A stretch of DNA of 64,000 bases from a virus (IMGVR_UViG_2802428818_000001:52564-116563); one strand, 5' to 3'; positions 8,130 to 17,176 are shown, counted from the stretch's first letter. Program-made: numbers and translations. Notes: generated from the sequence alone by a model not told the origin.

Positions 8130-9210
8130 CCGGAGTGCCATGGTCCTAGATAGAGGACACAATCCTGTCACGTTCCGTGCCGTCTCCCTTCAATATATAA
8201 AATACTTACTAACAGATAATAATTACATAGAAGGGACACGGCTCCGGATTGAAGCTCAGCTCCGGCGTGAGGATTTGTCCTCCTGCGGCTCCCAGCCATG
8301 GCAGACCGCGGCTGTCCAAGGATCTTCCGCTATTCCATGGCGCGCCTCACCTCACCATGGCGATCCATGGCTCCGGCGCTCGTGGTTCCTGGGATTTCGG
8401 AAAAGCCAAAAAGAAAGCCAGGCACGAAGACCCGGCTTTTGAAAATTAGACCGTCTCCACCGGTCACGCTGTATGCGATCAACAATCGATTGGATGATCA
8501 ATTGCTATGCTAGTGATTAGCACATTGTTCATAATAGAAGTTGCATCGCGGCGATCAAATGGCACGACCTGGCGCTATACACGGTGATTGGCGGATGGGT
8601 GGCTTCAGGCGGGGATTGAAGAGGAGGAGAAGGCGTGGCGCCGGCCACCGTCTGTCTCTTTGGTTTTCCATCTACACTGTCTATCTCCACACACGCGCTC
8701 TCTATCACGCACCTACACGCATAGCCTCTCTCTAGCTCTATACGAGGCCATGGTCTGTCTTATGGTGTTCTCTAGGTGATGGTGCTCTCTATGGGCCGGT
8801 GTGTGCTTCTATGCGTGTTGGTGTTCGATTGTCTTTTAAGCGTTGCGTGGCCGAGCGTTTAGCTTGTGCATTGGCTTAGCGTCTTGTGTTCGCATATCTG
8901 CTCTAGAGCGCGCTTTGTGAAGTTCTTCGCTGTCGATGATCGTTCTGTCTGACGGATTCGTTCTGTGAGCTTCTATGAGCGTTTCCAGAGTTGCGTTCTG
9001 CTGGCCTGGGTTATGTTGACAGAAAGGAAAATTCGAAATTGGGGAGATTTTTGTCAACGTAGCGTTAAGTTACGTCAACATGGAATCCTTAAATAGATGG
9101 TGGTTAGACAAAATGGGGCTTTTGGCTGTCAACATGCGTCAACATGGATGAGCCTATTTCCGGGTGCCTGATTTACACTGGACCGGTGCCTGTCAACATC
9201 GGGACCATGG
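8130..9210. repeat. 1.1-kb repeat-rich non-coding region (candidate origin/pac)
   Basis: AT-rich 45-bp core flanked by imperfect IR, CTCTAT repeats, six GTCAACAT(G) iterons at 9030-9200, CCATGG clusters. Confidence 0.5.
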
Positions 9211-9211
9211 C

Positions 9212-9601
9212 TCAGAGGATATACTTGAGCTCATCCAAGGCTCGCTTGGTAGCCTCTTCTATGGTGACGGGCTCTCGCTGCTTGAAGTCCTTATTCACTT
9301 CATGGGTCAGCCCATCGCCGACGACGTAGCTAAATATGACGAGGAAGTCCATGAGGTGAAACGGGTATCGGCGTGCTCTGATGAAGAAGAGCCGGGCGCT
9401 GCTCTTGGGCGTGGGAATCTGGTAGCGCACCTCGTATCTGCCCTTGAGGAGCTGCACGGTGGCAACGTTTGCCTCTATCTGGCGCAGTTCCTCTATGCCG
9501 GCTTTCACTTCCGGGGTGGTCTGCAGATAACGCTCTTCAAAGCGTTTCGGCCATGTGTCGAGATTGATGAGCTCCTCGAGGTAGGCGTTCCAGTCGGTCA
9601 T
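9212..9601 (-). CDS. hypothetical protein (downstream member of two-gene cassette)
   Basis: 129 aa, 4-nt gap after upstream 76-aa gene; no recognisable motif. Confidence 0.5.
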   Translation of the reverse strand: MTDWNAYLEELINLDTWPKRFEERYLQTTPEVKAGIEELRQIEANVATVQLLKGRYEVRYQIPTPKSSARLFFIRARRYPFHLMDFLVIFSYVVGDGLTHEVNKDFKQREPVTIEEATKRALDELKYIL

Positions 9602-9604
9602 CGC

Positions 9605-9835
9605 CTAGTGCCGTGCCATGGAGCATTGCTCTATAGAGAGCGTGACCAGGCGGTTCTCTTCCTCTGCGGCCAGGCGTGCGAAGGCGAGCTCCTGGAAGGC
9701 CTGGGCTGCCTCGGTCCTGTTCCAGCCGTATTGTTCGGCGAGCAGTAAGACCTGGTCGAAGGTGCTCTCGAGGGCTTGCTGGCAGTCAAGGTCGCGGTCG
9801 GCATAGGGTGCGAGCTGCTTGGGGCTGGTGAGCAT
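9605..9835 (-). CDS. hypothetical small acidic protein
   Basis: GGAAGAGGAACGGACC ATG strong SD. Confidence 0.55.
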   Translation of the reverse strand: MLTSPKQLAPYADRDLDCQQALESTFDQVLLLAEQYGWNRTEAAQAFQELAFARLAAEEENRLVTLSIEQCSMARH

Positions 9836-10106
9836 GGTCCGTTCCTCTTCCGTTCATGAGAACATAAGAAGTATCGCAGGAGTGGAATCTTGTCGAGAGG
9901 GGTGGCTCACCATGGCGTGCGTTGCCTATAGAAAGCCGGAGCAGGGTGGCTCCGTTTGTCACCTGGGGTGAGGTGAGCTTTCTATGTCGGATCACCAGGC
10001 GAAAGATATCCTGGCTCCGGCTGCCGATGTTGTTTTTCGCTCTCATGACCTTCGGCTGCACGAGAGGAGAGGCTGAACAGTCAAAGCGCCTCTCCGCGGG
10101 TATTCA

Positions 10107-10460
10107 CTATTCGCTTCTGTCCGATGGGCCAATCACTATTCGCGTGACGGGTCCGTCTCTCTTCTCGCCAGTGAGAGCGTCGTAGCCGGGTTTGGTGAGC
10201 TTAAAGTTGGGCGCGTCCTCAATGAAGCCTTCGCGCTTTTCCAGGAAGGTCGGGCGCTGCAAGATCGGCTTGGGCGGAAACTGGTGCATTAGATCCTTTG
10301 ACCACTCAACCAGGTCTCGCGAGCACTCGGTCATGATGGCACCGGAGCCGGCTTGGACCTTGGCCCGGATATAGAACTCGACGAATGCCTTGATCTTGTC
10401 GGGCTCGCCGGTGATCCTGGCGCCGTCGATATGGATAAAGGTTTCTGGTGCCTTGGTCAT
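10107..10460 (-). CDS. hypothetical protein
   Basis: trimmed to MTKAPETFIHIDG...; ATGA overlap with upstream gene stop. Confidence 0.5.
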   Translation of the reverse strand: MTKAPETFIHIDGARITGEPDKIKAFVEFYIRAKVQAGSGAIMTECSRDLVEWSKDLMHQFPPKPILQRPTFLEKREGFIEDAPNFKLTKPGYDALTGEKRDGPVTRIVIGPSDRSE

Positions 10461-10654
10461 CTGAATGTCACCACCCAATCGTCGCGTTGAAAATCGTCCA
10501 AGGTGAACATGCGGTCTTCACGCTCTCCTCGGGTGTCGGTGAATGCTATCTCGCCATTGGCGCCGATCCAATAGTCACCTGACAAGCCGTGAAAGAACAG
10601 CTTACCAGGAAGCTTGGAGCGGTCGAGGGTTCTAAGGAGCTTGCCGAGCCTCAT
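10457..10654 (-). CDS. hypothetical small protein
   Basis: 65 aa, translationally coupled to the 10107..10460 gene. Confidence 0.45.
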   Translation of the reverse strand: MRLGKLLRTLDRSKLPGKLFFHGLSGDYWIGANGEIAFTDTRGEREDRMFTLDDFQRDDWVVTFR

Positions 10655-10717
10655 GTGCTTCTCTCTGCGTTTCGATGTTTATGTGTAGCTCAGCGCGTCG
10701 AGGATAGAAATCTGGCG

Positions 10718-11014
10718 CTACTTGGTGAGATCGATGAGCGGCGCCGTGCCGGTGATGGCACCTGTCTCACTCATGTCCGCGGGCACGCACAGGGCGAACG
10801 CCACGTCGGCCTTCAAATCCTCGCCGTCTTCCTTAATGCCGGCCTGGCACTCAGCCATGGTGACGATCTGTGGCGAAAAGAAAACGCGTTTGTCCGCGCT
10901 TGCGTCTTTCAGAATGGTAATGGCTCGCGCCGGTGTGTCGTCGGTGATGGTTGCGGCGTGCGCTGCCGGCGCCATGGCGAGGAAGAGAAGGGCGGGTGCG
11001 ATGCGGTAATTCAT
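10718..11014 (-). CDS. secreted protein with N-terminal signal peptide
   Basis: MNYRIAPALLFLAMAPAAHA then ATITDD; trimmed from track ORF 10718..11071. Confidence 0.55.
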   Translation of the reverse strand: MNYRIAPALLFLAMAPAAHAATITDDTPARAITILKDASADKRVFFSPQIVTMAECQAGIKEDGEDLKADVAFALCVPADMSETGAITGTAPLIDLTK

Positions 11015-11136
11015 GATGACCTCGGTTGGTGTGTCTGAGGTCGAAATAGAGGCCTTGGCTTGGGCGTTCAAGGTGAAATGAGCGGCCAGCCATGGGATCG
11101 GCCGGCCAGAAAGGCGCTGTGACGCGCCTGACTGTC

Positions 11137-11394
11137 TTATGCTGCCATGTTGACCGTGTAGTCGTCGATCAGCGTGCGCGCCTCAGCGAGATCCTTCACA
11201 TCGACTGGATCGCCTTCGATCCACGCTACGAACGTGCCTTGGTAGAACTCCTGGTCATCGTTCTGCTCGTAGGTGCAGATTTCGATGCCGCGGTATTTGA
11301 TGTGATCGTAGCCACCGGGGATGCCGAGCTCGTGGATGACGCGCATGTCGTCCGGAACGTCGACTTTGTGCTCGTTGATGGTGTGCATGGTCAT
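11137..11394 (-). CDS. hypothetical protein
   Basis: trimmed to MTMHTINEHKV...; AAGGAG 6 nt upstream. Confidence 0.55.
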   Translation of the reverse strand: MTMHTINEHKVDVPDDMRVIHELGIPGGYDHIKYRGIEICTYEQNDDQEFYQGTFVAWIEGDPVDVKDLAEARTLIDDYTVNMAA

Positions 11395-11404
11395 GGCGAT
11401 CTCC

Positions 11405-11818
11405 TTAGTGCTTGACGGCTGCGATAAGCGCGCGGATGAGGTTTGCAGGCTCAATCCAGAAGAGTTCTGGCAATTTGCCGTCCATCTTTTCCTCGTGCGC
11501 CCATACATCGAGCTGGTCGTCGCCTTCCGGACCCTTCTCGCAGGTCATGGTCAGAAGGAAGCTGCCGTCGTCGTTGCGCATGAAGCTGACAGGAACGTGG
11601 TTGATCCACAGGTCGGCCCAGAGGAGCTCTTCGTTCTGGAATTCGTAGTCGCTGATCTCGAGCGGCATCGCCGCGATCTTGCGCTCGCTGCCTTCTTGCA
11701 GCGCCTCGGATATGACCGCGCCGATTTCGCCAGGAACAGTCATCTGGATTTTGAAATAGCAGGCGCCCATCCAGTCGCCGGCGTTCGGAAGAATTGTAAG
11801 CTGCGGTTGGCTGATCAT
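11405..11818 (-). CDS. hypothetical protein
   Basis: trimmed to MISQPQLT...; GTCAACAACGAGAGAG leader. Confidence 0.55.
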   Translation of the reverse strand: MISQPQLTILPNAGDWMGACYFKIQMTVPGEIGAVISEALQEGSERKIAAMPLEISDYEFQNEELLWADLWINHVPVSFMRNDDGSFLLTMTCEKGPEGDDQLDVWAHEEKMDGKLPELFWIEPANLIRALIAAVKH

Positions 11819-12175
11819 GTGCGCTTGTCTCTCTCGTTGTTGACAAGAAGACAGTAACAAGCGCGATCGCGGATTGCGGCAGGCAGAGCACGGCAGTTGA
11901 AAGCCATGGACGATCTGCTATATTGAGCAGGAGTGAGAGCCAGACAGCGGTAACTGCCTGACCCTCCCTTCGCTTAGGCTAAGATATGGACCCGGACGCG
12001 CACTGACCAGCCGATCCGGGTCTTTCTTATCTCAAGCGTGATTGCGATAGGTATCCCCATCTACATCACTCCTGTTCGAGGGCGAGGCACTCGCCTAGCT
12101 CGTGTGGCCCATCCTCACGAGCGCGCCGGCTGGTCTCGGCGCTTGCTGCTTTCGCCCTCGAATCGCTCGACTATA

Positions 12176-12457
12176 TCAATCCTCGGCGTTGTCGTCGCCA
12201 TCGCAGAAGCCTTCGTCCTGCTCGGCGATGCCTTCGGGATCGAGAATGTCCATGATCAGACCGAGGCCCTGGCGAACCTCGTCGGTTGCCGGTCGAACCT
12301 CATCCTCATCGGAGAGAATGCCATCGTCAGTCGTCGGCAAATGATACATGGCGTAGTCGAGGAATGACCGGAGGTAGCCAGCATCCTCTTCGCCGAGGAG
12401 CTCGCGAACCGCCTTGTAGTGGTCGATCGCCTTCTGAGTGTCTGCGGAGATTGCCAT
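12176..12457 (-). CDS. hypothetical strongly acidic protein
   Basis: trimmed to MAISADTQKAIDHYK...; C-terminus DPEGIAEQDEGFCDGDDNAED. Confidence 0.5.
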   Translation of the reverse strand: MAISADTQKAIDHYKAVRELLGEEDAGYLRSFLDYAMYHLPTTDDGILSDEDEVRPATDEVRQGLGLIMDILDPEGIAEQDEGFCDGDDNAED

Positions 12458-12974
12458 GTGCGTGTCTTTCAAGGTTGGCGATTGTTCATTGATCTCGCAC
12501 CGAGTAGGCGTTGCTCCTCGCGACCTGCCTTGGATGCAGTCCTACGAAGGGTGCGGATCGTGAGCAATCAAGCGATGGCTCTGTGACAATGCTCTCCGGT
12601 CGGCACGAGGCGGGCCATTGAAGCAAGGCTTACAGGTGGATTGATTTCACCCCGGATCTCTCAGCGAGTGGGCGACTATCGGACTCAGCATGGCGAGGCT
12701 TCCGGCTCCATCGCCTGCCTCTGTATCACCTATGCCTACCGCATGAGGGTAACGGATCCAAACCGAGCTATTTGCGGTCGAGGTAGCTACCCTCATCGTT
12801 CACATGGCGTTCTCACTGTTTGCGCTCTTTCTCGTTTCGTCTTCGATGATTTGTTATCGCATGTCTGCTTGCGGATTGCGGGAGGATCTCTTCGGCAGAT
12901 TCTTTTAGCAGATTCTAATAAGGCCCTTGGATTCGTCACTTGTTACACCTAAGTTGACGGGCCGGAGGTGCGTA

Positions 12975-13319
12975 ATGCCCGAAGATAGACAGATCAGGCG
13001 GGTCCGTGCAGCGGTCCTTGGATTGGGTAAATACCGCTCACACAGTAGCCTGCGCGACATTGCGGAGACACTGCTTAACCGCTGGCCCGAGGAGTTCGTC
13101 GGTGGCGAGGCCTCGGTGAATGCGCGGCTTATCTGCATTCAGTGCTTCGAAGGACGCCCCGCCGAGGATGCGCGGGATGCCTTTATCCTGGCGCTGGATG
13201 AGGCCGGCATTTCTGTTATGCTCGAGGATCGGATGCCTCGCTATCCGGTGCCGTCGATGCCGGAAGCCACCTCTGAATCAAAGGCTCCCAAACGGCGCAG
13301 CCGTTCTCCCTCCGCATGA
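12975..13319 (+). CDS. hypothetical protein
   Basis: GGAGGTGCGTA ATG; trimmed from track ORF 12927..13319; rare plus-strand gene. Confidence 0.5.
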   Translation: MPEDRQIRRVRAAVLGLGKYRSHSSLRDIAETLLNRWPEEFVGGEASVNARLICIQCFEGRPAEDARDAFILALDEAGISVMLEDRMPRYPVPSMPEATSESKAPKRRSRSPSA

Positions 13320-13497
13320 CACGAGCGCCGTCGCGCAGCGTCACCACGCGATCAGGCGGGTTGCTTCTGACGAGATAGTCGAAAGCGGCGTTTGCGGCGC
13401 CGGCGTCATTCATACCGCCTACCTTCTCGGGCAGCCTGTCGAATGGCGCCTGGATATCGATCGCGTGGATGAAGTGATCGCCTTGGAAATTCGTCAT
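13216..13497 (-). CDS. hypothetical protein
   Basis: trimmed to MTNFQGDHFIHAIDIQ... with AGAAGGAG SD; 3' end overlaps convergent gene by about 100 nt. Confidence 0.35.
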   Translation of the reverse strand: MTNFQGDHFIHAIDIQAPFDRLPEKVGGMNDAGAANAAFDYLVRSNPPDRVVTLRDGARVMRRENGCAVWEPLIQRWLPASTAPDSEASDPRA

Positions 13498-13666
13498 CGC
13501 ATGTTCTCCTTCTGTTCTCATCGAGCAGATAGGGTGAATCATGGCGGATGTCGAGGAGTGAACGGACGACCGCGACGCCGGATGGGAGAGGTGGGAGCGC
13601 CGCGGTCTGTGTCGCCAGGTTGTTAAACGACCCGAGCGAGATAGCGCTCCCAACCAAGCCGTCAAT

Positions 13667-14041
13667 TTATTTCAGATAGATCGTCGCCGGATTGGGCTGG
13701 TGATCCTTGTTGGCGCCGTTGCCGGCATCAACTGCAGCGCCGATCAGGCCGCCCGCGATGATGTTGCCAGCCATGGCGTTGCGACCGGCGTTGGACGTGA
13801 CGGTCTCGACCTTGATCGAGCCGGTCTTGCCGCCCAGCGTTGCAGTTGCGGTGAATGCCTTTTTACGCGGCACCTTGAGCTGGCAAGGTGTGGCCGGGCA
13901 TTCGAGGCCGATATCGGTCGTAACCTTGGCGCCTGACGGGACCGACTGGATAGTGACCAGTTCGGTCGTGCCACGGCTGACCGAGGCACAGCTAGAGAGC
14001 AGCGCGAGGACCGCGGCTGCGATTGCAATCTTGGTTTTCAT
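13667..14041 (-). CDS. lipoprotein
   Basis: MKTKIAIAAAVLALLSSC lipobox-type signal; trimmed from 13667..14098. Confidence 0.6.
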   Translation of the reverse strand: MKTKIAIAAAVLALLSSCASVSRGTTELVTIQSVPSGAKVTTDIGLECPATPCQLKVPRKKAFTATATLGGKTGSIKVETVTSNAGRNAMAGNIIAGGLIGAAVDAGNGANKDHQPNPATIYLK

Positions 14042-14220
14042 ATTAACCCCTAGTTGACTTGCGCTGAGAGTAATAGCGAGCGCGCGAGGGGATCGCAACG
14101 GTCAAACTTCGCGTCAGGGATGGCGAAATCTAATGGATAACAAATCGCTGAAAGCATTGGTTAACAAATGGTAAACGGAAGTGGTAGGCTCAGTCGCTTC
14201 CGTTTGTCAGTCCGTCTCCT

Positions 14221-14454
14221 TTAAACCAGCGTTTCGCGGTAACTAACGCGGCCCTCGTGATACTCCTTGCCGGTCTCCCAGCGACCGAGGCGCTCATTCC
14301 AGGTGGCGCGCTTTGCGAGATCCTCGAGCGCGAGCTCTCGCGTGGGCCAGGGCTGCTGATAGTCGGTCTGGTTTTGCCACTTGCCATACTGGTCGACATA
14401 GCCGGTCTCGGCCACCCACTCGACACGGTAGGTCTTGAAGGTGAAGTCTGTCAT
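14221..14454 (-). CDS. hypothetical small protein
   Basis: 77 aa, last gene of coupled small-gene operon 15996 to 14221. Confidence 0.5.
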   Translation of the reverse strand: MTDFTFKTYRVEWVAETGYVDQYGKWQNQTDYQQPWPTRELALEDLAKRATWNERLGRWETGKEYHEGRVSYRETLV

Positions 14455-14684
14455 GCGTCACCTTTGCATGGTTCAATGGCTGCGCTGATCGCCTTGGGAC
14501 CATCGCCGGTGCAGAACGTGCAGACGAAGAAATAGCAGAGCTTGCACCTCGGGCTGTAATGCGGAATCTCCTCGGGATCGTCGACTTCGCCGGCATAAAG
14601 GTCGATCACACCATCCTCGTCGAGGATAGGATCGTGGCCTTTCTCTACCATTGCGTCGAACCAGGTCTGCTCCTTGGTCTTCAT
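14451..14684 (-). CDS. Cys-rich small protein
   Basis: trimmed to MKTKEQTWFDAM...; C-terminal CKLCYFFVCTFC cluster; ATGA coupling both sides. Confidence 0.5.
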   Translation of the reverse strand: MKTKEQTWFDAMVEKGHDPILDEDGVIDLYAGEVDDPEEIPHYSPRCKLCYFFVCTFCTGDGPKAISAAIEPCKGDA

Positions 14685-15082
14685 GCCTGTGCGATCTCCT
14701 CGGGAGTAGCAGGGCGCACGCCTTGGTGCCAGAAGCTCATGTCGTCGTCGGTCATCCACCCGTCGCCGCGGTGAAACTGCCCGGTGATGCCATGCACAAC
14801 GAACCAGCCTTCACCAGGCGGGTCGATGAGACCTTGGATCGTGTATTCGAGAAACCCGCCATAGCTGTGCTCGTAGCTCGCGGCGCCAGTCACGCCTTCC
14901 TTGCCGGCGATCACGGTTGTGGTCTCAATGCCAAAGTTCTTCCAGTCGGTCGTGGAGCCGGCCGGGTCGTGCATGATCACCTCGATCAGCACGTCTTCAG
15001 GGGAATCGAGATCGATAACCTCTTCCTCGGTGTCGTCGGCTTGAGCCGGCGAGAAGGTGAGCTCCATCAGTCGACACTCCAT
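14681..15082 (-). CDS. hypothetical acidic protein
   Basis: 133 aa; start 15082 or 15067, both have GGAG-type SD. Confidence 0.5.
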   Translation of the reverse strand: MECRLMELTFSPAQADDTEEEVIDLDSPEDVLIEVIMHDPAGSTTDWKNFGIETTTVIAGKEGVTGAASYEHSYGGFLEYTIQGLIDPPGEGWFVVHGITGQFHRGDGWMTDDDMSFWHQGVRPATPEEIAQA

Positions 15083-15474
15083 GTCTTCACCAGCTCCTCG
15101 AGCGTGGCGTATTCAGCGATCCCGCCATCGTCCGTCCGAACGATCAGCATACTGTCCATCCTGATGCGGCCGCACCGCATCCGGCCCTCGGCGTTCGTCA
15201 CCCACGGCTGAGTTTTCACCGGCAGCGAGGTTTGCGGCCAGAGCCAGGGCGAGGAGATCCGCTCGAGATCCTCTTTCATGCGCGCCTGATTGTAGGCCTG
15301 CTGCTTATCGCGCTTGGCCTGGCCCTTGGCGATGAGCAACTCTTGAAGCTTTGCCTTGGGATCGGCCGCCTGCAACGCTTCCTGGGTGAGGCTATGCACG
15401 TCGGCGCCAGACAGCGTCATGTATTGCCGCAGCTCAGCCGGCAGCTCGAGGTTCTTCCAGAGGTCACTCGTCAT
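15067..15474 (-). CDS. hypothetical protein
   Basis: trimmed to MTSDLWKNLELPAEL... Confidence 0.5.
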   Translation of the reverse strand: MTSDLWKNLELPAELRQYMTLSGADVHSLTQEALQAADPKAKLQELLIAKGQAKRDKQQAYNQARMKEDLERISSPWLWPQTSLPVKTQPWVTNAEGRMRCGRIRMDSMLIVRTDDGGIAEYATLEELVKTWSVD

Positions 15475-15709
15475 CGGTGCTCTCCTCGATCGGTGTGAGC
15501 TGGTCGAAGGTCCACTCGACACCGTCCTCGTCTATGTAGAGGAGCTTTCCTTCGAGGAGCTGGGTTTCCTGGCTATCCCAGTCAATCTTGGAATCGCCGG
15601 CGTAGTCGGGCGTTCCATCGTCGTGAATGCCTTTGATATGGGCCGTCACAAGAACATAATCTGATGTGCCGACGATCGACGAGCCGTTGGGTGATTGATA
15701 CTGTTTCAT
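15464..15709 (-). CDS. hypothetical acidic protein
   Basis: 81 aa, coupled to neighbours. Confidence 0.5.
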   Translation of the reverse strand: MKQYQSPNGSSIVGTSDYVLVTAHIKGIHDDGTPDYAGDSKIDWDSQETQLLEGKLLYIDEDGVEWTFDQLTPIEESTDDE

Positions 15710-15996
15710 GCGGTCTTTCCTTCGTTCATCCAGGCATCGAGCCTGTCATCGACTGAATGGTCGGCGATCTGCTCTTCCGGATCGCCGTTGAACTCGTTGA
15801 CGATGAAGGCGCAGCCCCAGCGGTTGCCTTCGGCATCGCGTATGATCAGCCGCATTTCGTCGCACGCCTCGAGCGCTTCCTTGGCTTTACGCTGGCTCGT
15901 GCCCTCGTAGTCCGGGCTCTTCGGATTGTCGTAGAAGCAAACCATCGTCAGATCGTTGTCGGCGCAGTGCTTGAGGAGTTGTGCGAGCGTCTTCAT
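15706..15996 (-). CDS. hypothetical protein
   Basis: first gene of operon; GTCAACGAAAGGAAAGACG ATG leader. Confidence 0.55.
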   Translation of the reverse strand: MKTLAQLLKHCADNDLTMVCFYDNPKSPDYEGTSQRKAKEALEACDEMRLIIRDAEGNRWGCAFIVNEFNGDPEEQIADHSVDDRLDAWMNEGKTA

Positions 15997-16092
15997 CGTC
16001 TTTCCTTTCGTTGACTATGACTAATCATAGCTCGCGAAATTGCGGCAAAGTATCTGGCAGCAACTGGTTGTTTTCACTGCCAAAATAGATAG

Positions 16093-16407
16093 TTAGAATC
16101 GCCCGAAATTAGGGTGATTGGCATATGGATTTGGCTTCGGTTTGACAGCCAAGGCTGCCCTTGCTCTCTCGAAACTATCCGTGACCACGGCGAGGTTTCC
16201 CTCAAGCACAGCCTCCCAGAACACCGGCCCGTCACTGTCGTCTTGCCAATGCTTGAAGGAGATCGCCGGTGGGTTTGGTGATCGAACGCGCTTCTTCCAG
16301 AGCGAGCAACTGATGCCGGCTGGTGTTTCGAAGGCGCCAATCTGCTCCCACTCCGCATGAGGGTAGGCTTCATCGAACTCGGCGTAGCCAATCCCGTTCT
16401 TAGACAT
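16093..16407 (-). CDS. hypothetical protein with C-terminal NPYANHPNFGRF tail
   Basis: 104 aa; stop/start overlap (ATGTCTAAG) with upstream gene. Confidence 0.55.
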   Translation of the reverse strand: MSKNGIGYAEFDEAYPHAEWEQIGAFETPAGISCSLWKKRVRSPNPPAISFKHWQDDSDGPVFWEAVLEGNLAVVTDSFERARAALAVKPKPNPYANHPNFGRF

Positions 16408-16790
16408 CAGAAGCGCCCATAGTTCGGATTATTGGCATACGGGTTGACGGGTTTAGCTGGTTCCTCGGGAATCTGGCCGTCGCCGTCGAAGTCGTCCGGT
16501 AGGTCGACGTCCTCGCCATTGAAGTTCCAGGTGCCTTCCTCATCGTCGGGCATGAGCCATGGTGCGAAGAGATCATCATCGGCGGCGTTCAATGTCCTTG
16601 CCGCGGCGACCATGCGCATATACTTCTTGCGCATAGCCACGGTCTCACCTTGGTCGTTCAACTCCCAATCGCCGTCGAAGTAGTGCGCCAGTGCTGCGAG
16701 GCCGGTGTCCTTCCGGAGGAGCAAGAGCGCCCAATCACCTTCATGGGAGTCCAGCTCGTAGATGGATTTATCGAAATCAGGCGCGCTCAA
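16407..16790 (-). CDS. hypothetical acidic protein with C-terminal NPYANNPNYGRF tail
   Basis: 127 aa. Confidence 0.55.
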   Translation of the reverse strand: MSAPDFDKSIYELDSHEGDWALLLLRKDTGLAALAHYFDGDWELNDQGETVAMRKKYMRMVAAARTLNAADDDLFAPWLMPDDEEGTWNFNGEDVDLPDDFDGDGQIPEEPAKPVNPYANNPNYGRF

Positions 16791-17176
16791 AGGTTCATCT
16801 CCAATTGCCCGGTGACGCGGCGCCAGCAGTCGATGACCAGGCCGAAGTCGGATGAATAGTGGAGCTTGCGCTCAAGGTGGCCGGCGAGGCGGAAGTTGAC
16901 CTGCTCAAGGTAGATCCAATCGAACTCCCGCCCGCCGAGCGTGGGCCGTTCATCGAGGAACGCCAAAACCTCAGTGAAGAAGCCTTGGTTCCTGAATTTG
17001 GGGAAGACGTGGACGCTATGGAATTTCAGCACTCGATCGCGCACCTTGTCCTCGATGCGGCGTTCGCCGAAGCGCCAGGAAACGGCCCAGCGCTCATTGG
17101 TGAAGTCGCCATGGGAGCCGCCCGAGGACAGCGCCTGGCTGAGGTCGTCGAGCATCACAAGGCTTGTCTGCTTCAT
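16787..17176 (-). CDS. GNAT-like acetyltransferase (putative)
   Basis: FRNQGFFTEVL resembles GNAT motif A (Q/R-x-x-G-x-G/A). Confidence 0.4.
   Translation of the reverse strand: MKQTSLVMLDDLSQALSSGGSHGDFTNERWAVSWRFGERRIEDKVRDRVLKFHSVHVFPKFRNQGFFTEVLAFLDERPTLGGREFDWIYLEQVNFRLAGHLERKLHYSSDFGLVIDCWRRVTGQLEMNL

Noticed and set aside
7196-9748. plus-strand ORFs 7196..8149 and 9164..9748
   Set aside because: Antisense to well-supported minus-strand genes or within the repeat-rich non-coding region. They have non-protein-like composition and no SD.
16000-16092. Small palindromes CTATGACTAATCATAG and TGGCAG...CTGCCA upstream of the 15996 operon
   Set aside because: Short, unique, not repeated elsewhere. 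Noted but not enough to call an operator.
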